This document shows, one piece after another, positions 57,009-64,000 of a stretch of DNA of 64,000 bases; the stretch's first letter is position 1, and each line of letters opens with the position of its first letter. Below the pieces are notes generated by a model that was not told the origin of the DNA, ran no database searches, and saw nothing but the letters and a program-made list of their open reading frames with translations. The stretch is from assembly GCA_948442695.1 (NCBI GenBank), contig CAOJSF010000002.1, positions 132,254-196,253 of the forward strand. Direction: 5' to 3'. A program made the translations under genes and the position numbers. The DNA is from an uncultured Clostridia bacterium. Lineage in GTDB: Bacteria; Bacillota; Clostridia; Christensenellales; UBA1242.

Positions 57009-58790
57009 TTAGCCCTTTAAAGCAGAAGGAAATCTTCCTTTATATACCTTTATTTTATAGTCCTCTCTCAAGAAATTTATGTTTGCTTGCTCAAAGTGTG
57101 AGAAGGTATCTTTGTAAATTTCATCATAGAGGATATCAAGATATGTTTTGTCAACCAAAAGGTTTGCTCTTGTTGTTGCAAGTTTAGTTATTGCCAAATC
57201 TGCTTCTGCTGTAATGTCAGAATTAGTTTTTCCGCCCAGTTCAAAATCTTCATTTACTCCATCAAAGAGATTTTTGCACTGTCCAGTATATACAAGGACA
57301 TGGATTCCAAAAGAACTTCTAGCGACCTGCATATCACCTATTTTGCCCTTACCATTGTTGTAAAGTTTGAGACCTGCCTCATTAAATTCTTCAACGAAAC
57401 TTGAAACCGCCTTGCCTTCACTATCAACACCGATCACATAATTTGAATCTGCATTAAACATTCCTGGGTCTTGATTATAGGTGTAAATAAAATTGTTTAT
57501 AGTGTCACCAACAAAATTTACATCACCTGAAGCCTGTGCTGATTTCAAAGCAATTTGAATTTTATCATAGATAATATCGTTTACCGATAAATCATCGACA
57601 TTTTCAATTTCTTCATAAATCTTAGTATCTTCATTATATTTGCGGATGACTGGTTGAATTTGAGAATAAAGTGTGTTCATATCAGATTCATAATCTTCAT
57701 AAGGTTCTGAACCAGAATGCTTTTTATTTATCTCTTCATATTTTGATTTTTGTGCATCAGTAAATTGAAACAATATATTTGCAACAGTAAAATACTTGTT
57801 TGCCTCATTATCATTTCTAAAATAATATACATCCTTAAGAGAATCGCTTACATCAGAAGAATACTTACTGCTGTTTTCGATGACATATTTTGTATAGCCT
57901 GCCCTCACCTTGCTTGAATAAAGTCTTAAAACATCATCAGTCGAAACAGTTGCCATATCTGAAGAACTTTTGTTGTTTTCAGAATATTTTTGCACCAAAT
58001 AGTTTTCATAATTGATTTTGAAAAGTCTGTCAATTTCTCTTTCAAAAATTGATTTTGTATCACTAGAGAGTTTCATACCATATTCGGCAGATTTAAGATC
58101 GTTTACATATAACTTTAATGCCTTTGTGTAATTTTCATTTGAGAATGCTTTTTCTAAAAAGTTTGTATAAATTTCAGCCTTATCATCCTCTACATAAAAA
58201 CTCTTATCTCCATTTTCAGGTCTAAAATTATCTAGAACCCCGTCCTTCTTATCAATTTTTTTAAGGTAAATTTCGCTTTCACCCTTGTCGTTTTCTCTAC
58301 GATCAAGCGTTACATTTTTTTCATAACCATTAAACTTGATATCTTCGCTTTTATCTTCATCTTCTTTCTTATCAATTATTTCATTATAATAATTCTCTAA
58401 GTTTGCATTAAGTGAACTTACAGTTGACTCAAAAAGATATGTCTTTTCAAGTTCTGAAAGTCCCTCGCCTGTTGTAAACTTAATTCCAAAAAGATTTTCT
58501 GCAGTAAGGATTGTAATCTTTCTGTTTTCAAGTTGTTTCAAAGTCATATCAACCGCTTGAGGAATTGTATAGTTGTAATATTGCACATAAACATTTCCAT
58601 AACTCTCATATCCAGCAACAAGGTCACGGTTTGTAATTTCAGCGACTTTCTTGCCTTCTTTGTTATAGATTTCGGCAACAACTTTATTATATAATTTACC
58701 ATTATTTGTTTCTACTAAAGAGCATCCTGTAAAAAGAGACATACACAGTAGAACAAAACACATTAAAAATACTTTAAACTTTGTTTTCAT
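57009..58790 (-). CDS. Lipoprotein, PrsA/SurA-like with a possible parvulin-type PPIase domain
   Basis: ATG at 58790. MKTKFKVFLMCFVLLCMSLFTG-C is a signal peptide with lipobox. The C-terminal FVEEFNEAGLKL...GDMQVARSSFGIHVLVYTG resembles a PpiC rotamase core. Confidence 0.5.
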   Translation of the reverse strand: MKTKFKVFLMCFVLLCMSLFTGCSLVETNNGKLYNKVVAEIYNKEGKKVAEITNRDLVAGYESYGNVYVQYYNYTIPQAVDMTLKQLENRKITILTAENLFGIKFTTGEGLSELEKTYLFESTVSSLNANLENYYNEIIDKKEDEDKSEDIKFNGYEKNVTLDRRENDKGESEIYLKKIDKKDGVLDNFRPENGDKSFYVEDDKAEIYTNFLEKAFSNENYTKALKLYVNDLKSAEYGMKLSSDTKSIFEREIDRLFKINYENYLVQKYSENNKSSSDMATVSTDDVLRLYSSKVRAGYTKYVIENSSKYSSDVSDSLKDVYYFRNDNEANKYFTVANILFQFTDAQKSKYEEINKKHSGSEPYEDYESDMNTLYSQIQPVIRKYNEDTKIYEEIENVDDLSVNDIIYDKIQIALKSAQASGDVNFVGDTINNFIYTYNQDPGMFNADSNYVIGVDSEGKAVSSFVEEFNEAGLKLYNNGKGKIGDMQVARSSFGIHVLVYTGQCKNLFDGVNEDFELGGKTNSDITAEADLAITKLATTRANLLVDKTYLDILYDEIYKDTFSHFEQANINFLREDYKIKVYKGRFPSALKG

Positions 58791-58883
58791 TTTTTCTCCA
58801 TATAATATGAATATGAACATATTTTAACATATTAAAACATAAAATTTCAACTAAAATGATGTTGTTTTTAAATTTAAATCAAT

Positions 58884-61800
58884 TTATTTTTGTTTTGAAG
58901 CACCTTGCTCAAAAAATTCAACAACTTTTTCAAGTTTTTCTTGAACACTGCCACTTAAATCAAACTTAATTTTTATATTGTTATCAAACGACAGTCTTGC
59001 TTTAAAATCGTTTAAATTTTCCGCAAGATTTTCATCTATAATTTTCTCATCTTTTTCAAGAATAGCCATACATTCAAACTTGTTTATAACAATTCTTTTT
59101 ACCTTAAATTGACCTGCAAGATTTCGTAGATATGCAAACATAGCAAGATTTTTTATCTCTTGTGGGATGTCACCATAACCATCTTCAAGACTCAAAATAA
59201 GTTCATCAAGTTCCTCTCTCGATTGAATTTCTCCTATTCTTGTATAATAAACCACTCTTTGGTCACTATCTTCAATATAATCCTCGCTAATATAAGCAGA
59301 AAGTGATATTTCAAGTTTGACATCACTCTTTTTAGTGATAGTTTCCCCTTTGATTTCTTTGACCTGTTCATTGAGAAGTTTTACATACATATCATAGCCA
59401 ACTTTTTCAATATGTCCATGTTGTTGTTTTCCAAAGATATTGCCCGCACCTCTAAGTTCAAGGTCTCGCATTGCAATTTTAAAACCACTGCCCAGTTGAC
59501 TAAACTCTTTCATTGTTTCAAGTCTCTTTGATGCCTCTTCATTTAAGACTTTATCTTTTGTGAAAGTAAGATAAGCATAACTGAGTTTGTCACTTCTTCC
59601 TATTCTGCCACGAAGTTGATAAAGTTGGCCCAGTCCCAGCCTATCAGCATCAACGATAATCATGGTATTTGCAAGAGGAAGATTTATTCCATTTTCAATA
59701 AGCGTGGTTGCAATTAAAATGTTATATTCATTGTTATAAAGTCTTGAAATAATATTCTCAAGCATTTTTTCTGGCATCTGACCATGAGCAACGCCTATCT
59801 TTGCTTCCGGAATGATTTTTCTCAGAAAACTAGCAAATTCCTCAATGCTTTCAACTCTGTTGTAAACAACAAAACTTTGTCCGCCCCTTGCCATTTCTCT
59901 AAGCAGAACATCCTTATAAAGTTGTTCGCTCTCTTCAGCAAGATATGTCTGAATAGGAAGTCTATCTCGAGGTGGAGTTTCAATAATTGAAATATCTCGA
60001 ATACCTGAAAGAGACATATTAAGAGTGCGTGGAATAGGCGTAGCCGAAAGAGTTATGACATCAATATTTCTGTATTTATCTTTGATTTTTTCTTTATGTT
60101 CGACGCCAAAACGCTGTTCTTCATCAAAAATGAGAAGTCCCAAATCTTTATAGATCACATCATCACTTAAAATTCTATGAGTGCCGATTAAAACATCAAT
60201 TTCACCATCTTTGACCCGTCTTAAAATATCTTTGACCTGAAGTGGCGTTTTGAATCTGTTTATCACAGCAACTCTCACCCCAAAGGGCTCTAACCTCTCC
60301 TTTGCCGAACGATAATGTTGTTCTGAAAGAATTGTGGTTGGACATAAAAGTGCGACCTGCCTTCCATTATACACACATTTAAAAGCACCACGAAGGGCAA
60401 CTTCTGTTTTCCCAAAGCCGACATCACCACAAATAAGTCTGTCCATGACTTTTTCGCTTTCCATATCTTTATCTATGTCCGCTATCGCCCTAAGTTGGTC
60501 TGGAGTTTCACCATAAATAAAAGCATCTGCAAATTGCTTCTCCAAAAATTCATCTCTTTTGAATTTAAATCCTTTAAGTTTTTCACGCTCATTGTAAAGG
60601 TCAACAAGTGATATAGCCATCTCTTTTATGCTTGATTTGACTCTTTCAATAAGCCTCGAAAATTCACCACCACCGAGTGATGATAATTTTGGAGATACTT
60701 CACCACCTACATAAGCCGAAATTGTGTTTGCCTCTTCGCTAGGCAGATATAAAATGTCACCTTTTTTATATTCAATGACAAAATAATCTTTTTCGATATC
60801 AGAAATTTTCAATCGTTCAATTCTGATACATTTGCCCACACCATGAAAGGTATGCACAACAAATTCGCCGATCTTTGGCAGATAAAATGTTGAATGTTTA
60901 TGTTTTGAAAATGATGTGATTGATTTTTTAAATAAACTATCACTTCCTATCGCAACAACTCCCTCTTTCAAGAATGAAAAAGAGTATGGCATGGCTTTCT
61001 CAGAAAGGTAAACAACTCCACTTTCAAGTTCGTCTTCCTCTTCATCATCAAAATCTTTATATGACAAATTCTGCTCATGCATAAAAGAAATAAGATTGTT
61101 TTTATATCTTTCTTCACCTGCAAAAAGAATGATAGCCTGATGAAGATTTTTAAAATCATAAATGTCATTTTTAAGAGCCATAAAGTCAGTCAAATAACTT
61201 CTTGCTGGAAGCATTTGGTTGACATAGTCAGGCTTAAAAACCTGATAATTGTCAAATATAAAATCAGTCTTATTTACAAGATAGTCAAATGAGATATAAT
61301 TTTCTTTTTTATAGATTGATGAAACTTTATAACTTTTTATCAAAAGTTCTATTTCATCATTGACTTTTTTGGGTTCATCCAAAATTTTATCGCCTTGCAA
61401 ATCAAAAGCACAGTCCTCACCAAAAGGCAGAAATGAAGCAAAAATATCACAAAATTCAATTTTTTCGATGTTTTTCATAGAAATTTGGTCAAAAATTGAT
61501 ATATTTTCTATAAAATCATCAAAAAGTTCAACCCTGACAGGCTTATCTCCGGTTGTCGAAAAGATATCAAGAATATCACCTCTCAAGGCAAATTGACCAC
61601 CATATTCAACAAGACCAGTCCTTTCATAACCAAATTCTACAAGTTTTGAAACCACGTTTTCAAGATTGATATTTTCGCCTTTTTTTAGTCTAAATGCCTC
61701 TATTTTACTCTTGTCAAATTTGACAATTGCAGAGCATGGCAAAAAGATAAGAGCATCAATCTGCCCAGAAAAATATCTGTTTAAACTTTGCACAAAAGGA

Positions 61801-62024
61801 AGCAAATTTTTATCATGCTCATCCTCATTTTCTCTTGCATTTGAAACTATCTCAACCTTCTTTCCTAAAGATTCAAGTCCTCTCTTGAGTTTTCCTGCAG
61901 AGACAAAATTGCTTGACAAAAAAATCAGGCGTGAACTTTTTGACGATAATAAAACTTTTTCGCCCACGCCCAAAGAAGATATAATTCTTTTATTTTTTAA
62001 ATCTGCCAAATCAGAAATAAGCAT
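58884..62024 (-). CDS. mfd: Transcription-repair coupling factor Mfd
   Basis: CarD-like domain (GEFVVHTFHGVGK), helicase motif I CGDVGFGKTEVA, motif II DEEQRFG, and TRG/TD7 regions. Start is ATG 62024 after GGGAGA, or TTG 62060. Confidence 0.92.
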   Translation of the reverse strand: MLISDLADLKNKRIISSLGVGEKVLLSSKSSRLIFLSSNFVSAGKLKRGLESLGKKVEIVSNARENEDEHDKNLLPFVQSLNRYFSGQIDALIFLPCSAIVKFDKSKIEAFRLKKGENINLENVVSKLVEFGYERTGLVEYGGQFALRGDILDIFSTTGDKPVRVELFDDFIENISIFDQISMKNIEKIEFCDIFASFLPFGEDCAFDLQGDKILDEPKKVNDEIELLIKSYKVSSIYKKENYISFDYLVNKTDFIFDNYQVFKPDYVNQMLPARSYLTDFMALKNDIYDFKNLHQAIILFAGEERYKNNLISFMHEQNLSYKDFDDEEEDELESGVVYLSEKAMPYSFSFLKEGVVAIGSDSLFKKSITSFSKHKHSTFYLPKIGEFVVHTFHGVGKCIRIERLKISDIEKDYFVIEYKKGDILYLPSEEANTISAYVGGEVSPKLSSLGGGEFSRLIERVKSSIKEMAISLVDLYNEREKLKGFKFKRDEFLEKQFADAFIYGETPDQLRAIADIDKDMESEKVMDRLICGDVGFGKTEVALRGAFKCVYNGRQVALLCPTTILSEQHYRSAKERLEPFGVRVAVINRFKTPLQVKDILRRVKDGEIDVLIGTHRILSDDVIYKDLGLLIFDEEQRFGVEHKEKIKDKYRNIDVITLSATPIPRTLNMSLSGIRDISIIETPPRDRLPIQTYLAEESEQLYKDVLLREMARGGQSFVVYNRVESIEEFASFLRKIIPEAKIGVAHGQMPEKMLENIISRLYNNEYNILIATTLIENGINLPLANTMIIVDADRLGLGQLYQLRGRIGRSDKLSYAYLTFTKDKVLNEEASKRLETMKEFSQLGSGFKIAMRDLELRGAGNIFGKQQHGHIEKVGYDMYVKLLNEQVKEIKGETITKKSDVKLEISLSAYISEDYIEDSDQRVVYYTRIGEIQSREELDELILSLEDGYGDIPQEIKNLAMFAYLRNLAGQFKVKRIVINKFECMAILEKDEKIIDENLAENLNDFKARLSFDNNIKIKFDLSGSVQEKLEKVVEFFEQGASKQK

Positions 62025-62143
62025 ATCTTCTCCCACAATTTTATGAAAAAAATTTCTCAAATAATTAATAAAAATTTTTTATTTTTTTATGATGAATAAA
62101 TTTATAAATAAAATTAAATTGTTGATTTCAATTAATAAAGTTT

Positions 62144-62656
62144 TTAATTTATTTTTTCAAGTATGATTTTTACTGCATCATCAACAGACTTGTCTAAAAT
62201 CAACCTGTCTTCAAATTTGATTTTTGAAAGAACAAACTGGGCAAGGTCAACAGATTTATCTCGTCCAACCCCAACTTTAACCCTCTCAAAATCTTCACCT
62301 ATAAAAGACACGATTGAGCGAAGTCCATTATGAGTGCCAGCACTTCCATGTTCTCTATATCGCACAACTCCTTTTGGCAGGTCGATATCATCAACCGCAA
62401 CCAAAATTTTTGCATCTTTATATTTTCTTTTCAAAAGGCTGACAGCCTCTCCACTGTTATTCATATAAGTTGTCGGTTTGCAAATAATCACCGCCTGTCC
62501 ACCGACTCTTCCTTCCGCCAAAATTGATTTGTATTTTTCTTTAGTAAATTCTGCACCTATTTTCAAAGCAAGTTTGTCTGCAACCTCAAATCCTATATTA
62601 TGAAAGGTGTTGTCATATTCACGCCCAACATTGCCCAGCCCTACTACAATAATCAT
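62144..62656 (-). CDS. pth: Peptidyl-tRNA hydrolase
   Basis: The sequence runs MIIVVGLGNVGREYDNTFHNIGF...GTHNGLRS. Its start overlaps the upstream stop in an ATGA arrangement. Confidence 0.92.
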   Translation of the reverse strand: MIIVVGLGNVGREYDNTFHNIGFEVADKLALKIGAEFTKEKYKSILAEGRVGGQAVIICKPTTYMNNSGEAVSLLKRKYKDAKILVAVDDIDLPKGVVRYREHGSAGTHNGLRSIVSFIGEDFERVKVGVGRDKSVDLAQFVLSKIKFEDRLILDKSVDDAVKIILEKIN

Positions 62657-63591
62657 CAGCGGGCCTCACTCAAAATTTTCTCAAATTCAATCTTAGCACC
62701 ACTACTTATTTTAGAATCTTTTATGATTGAACCACAAACTTTGCAATCATTTAAAACGATGCTGTTGTCAATGATATTTCCACTTTCTAATATAGAGCCA
62801 CTTGAAATTACACTTTCACCCTTCAAAATATTGTTTGGATAAATGACAACAGTGCTGTCTATTTCAACATCAGCATCAATAAACACAGTGCTTTTGCCAA
62901 AGATAGACACACCATTTCTAAGATGATAATCCACAATTCTTTCATTTAAAACTTGATAAGCATATGAAAGAGATGAAGAAGAATCACATCTTAAAAGCGT
63001 TGTGACTTCGTTTCCACCAGTTGCACTTGAGATGAAATTTGGATTGTTTTTCAAAAATTCACTTTTTACAATAAAACCTCTTGACAACTGAAGATAATTC
63101 ATGCTTTTAGATGCAAAATAATCCATCACCTTAAAAAATGATGCTTTATCAAAAAGAGGTGTATCACTATAAAAAACGGCTATATACTTTTTATCAGTAT
63201 TTATCCCTCTTAACTTTGATATGATATCCTGACAATCTTCAAGCACTATTTGCTGACAGCAAGAGCCAGAGAGAAGCACCCAGTCAATCATCTTTTTGCC
63301 ACAAAGTTTTAAGTTGGGAAGATTTTTTGCAACATCATCATTATAAGCCTTTACAACGACAAATAAAACCTCCTCTTTTATATAATCATGATTGAGCGGT
63401 TTTATAAGGTTTTCAGTAAACAATAAACTTTCTTCTTTTTCTTCTAAGCCTTCAAAATCAAATGAAATTTGATTTTCAAGAACTAAAGTTTCCATTTCTA
63501 TAGTTTCCATATTAAGATTATATATTTTTTGAAATTTTTTGTCAACAATATAATAAAAATTCAATATTAATAAAATTTCTTTGAAAATCAT
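62656..63591 (-). CDS. GlmU-like relic protein with lost NTP-transferase signature and truncated hexapeptide domain
   Basis: Colinear with GlmU by memory (FVVVKAYNDDVAKNLPNLKLCGKKMIDWVL versus AVVLAAGQGTRMKS..KVLH.VCGKPMVEHVV). YSDTPLF and RNGVSIFGKSTVFIDADVEIDSTVVIYPNNILKGESVI are also conserved. It sits at the glmU position upstream of pth-mfd. Start is uncertain. Confidence 0.55.
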   Translation of the reverse strand: MIFKEILLILNFYYIVDKKFQKIYNLNMETIEMETLVLENQISFDFEGLEEKEESLLFTENLIKPLNHDYIKEEVLFVVVKAYNDDVAKNLPNLKLCGKKMIDWVLLSGSCCQQIVLEDCQDIISKLRGINTDKKYIAVFYSDTPLFDKASFFKVMDYFASKSMNYLQLSRGFIVKSEFLKNNPNFISSATGGNEVTTLLRCDSSSSLSYAYQVLNERIVDYHLRNGVSIFGKSTVFIDADVEIDSTVVIYPNNILKGESVISSGSILESGNIIDNSIVLNDCKVCGSIIKDSKISSGAKIEFEKILSEAR

Positions 63592-63640
63592 TTTTTTATT
63601 TTAAATTTTTATGTTAAAATTATTCAAAGTGAGGTAAGTA

Positions 63641-64000
63641 ATGAAAGTCAAAAAAATAAATATTATTTATTTAATTTCAATAATTTTACTTGCAAGCCTT
63701 TTGTTCGCTTTTTTGCCGATTAATATCAATAAAATTTCTAAGGCAGAAGAGACTAAACAAGGCGAGATGACTCTTGCAAACGGAATCTTCTCTATTGATG
63801 TAATAGGAAGAGACGGCAAACTGCTTTTTGACACACCTGGAAGTTTTAACAATGAAACCGCTCATATTTATGACTGGAAAAATGCAGAGAAATTTATTTT
63901 TAATATCAATACTTCAGGATACAATCCTCCAGTAAAATATGATGAAGAAAAACAACCTTATTATGATGTATCAATCATCATTGACTATGTAAATGGCTAT
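63641..64000 (+). CDS. Secreted or membrane-anchored hypothetical protein (partial, runs off the window)
   Basis: ATG at 63641 is preceded by GTGAGGT. 120 codons are open to the window end, translated by hand. The N-terminal signal-like segment is IIYLISIILLASLLFAFLPI. Confidence 0.6.
   Translation, partial: MKVKKINIIYLISIILLASLLFAFLPININKISKAEETKQGEMTLANGIFSIDVIGRDGKLLFDTPGSFNNETAHIYDWKNAEKFIFNINTSGYNPPVKYDEEKQPYYDVSIIIDYVNGY

Overview
AT-rich chromosomal segment (by eye about 30% G+C, not computed). All long ORFs are free of TGA, so the standard code applies. It looks like a low-GC Bacillota/Mollicutes-like bacterium with signs of reductive evolution; the taxonomy is inference only. Core genes, mostly on the minus strand: tRNA-Gly, tRNA-Cys, tRNA-Leu, tRNA-Glu, a short alaS, truA, pyruvate:ferredoxin oxidoreductase, transketolase, rpoB-rpoC, hflX, a spoIIID-like regulator, acpP, mfd and pth. 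There are also ComEC-type MBL, patatin, alpha/beta hydrolase, M23 peptidase, LPG-synthase-TM-like and PrsA-like proteins, plus several lipoproteins. Four accessory regions stand out. (1) A 2.6 kb islet sits at tRNA-Leu, bounded by perfect 129-bp direct repeats. It carries a membrane-anchored Mrr-type nuclease and an XRE regulator, and no integrase. (2) A tandem array of cytoplasmic LRR-like paralogs (12.7-15.6 kb) contains one nonsense pseudogene and a 161-bp identical tract. (3) Directly upstream of rpoBC is a terminator-bounded pair: an orphan VirB3/VirB4-fusion ATPase and a 3702-aa GLUG/beta-helix lipoprotein. Next to it lie a signal-less BspA-type LRR protein with an unknown Cys-rich C-terminal domain and an overlapping 78-aa helical ORF. 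No other type IV secretion or conjugation genes are in the window, and this is my best candidate for an undescribed system. (4) A promoter-to-terminator ~80-nt structured RNA candidate lies in a 0.5 kb gene desert. Several relic enzymes are also present: a C-Ala-less AlaRS, a P-loop-less AroK-like protein and a truncated GlmU-like protein. All homology calls come from motif recognition by eye. No searches were run.
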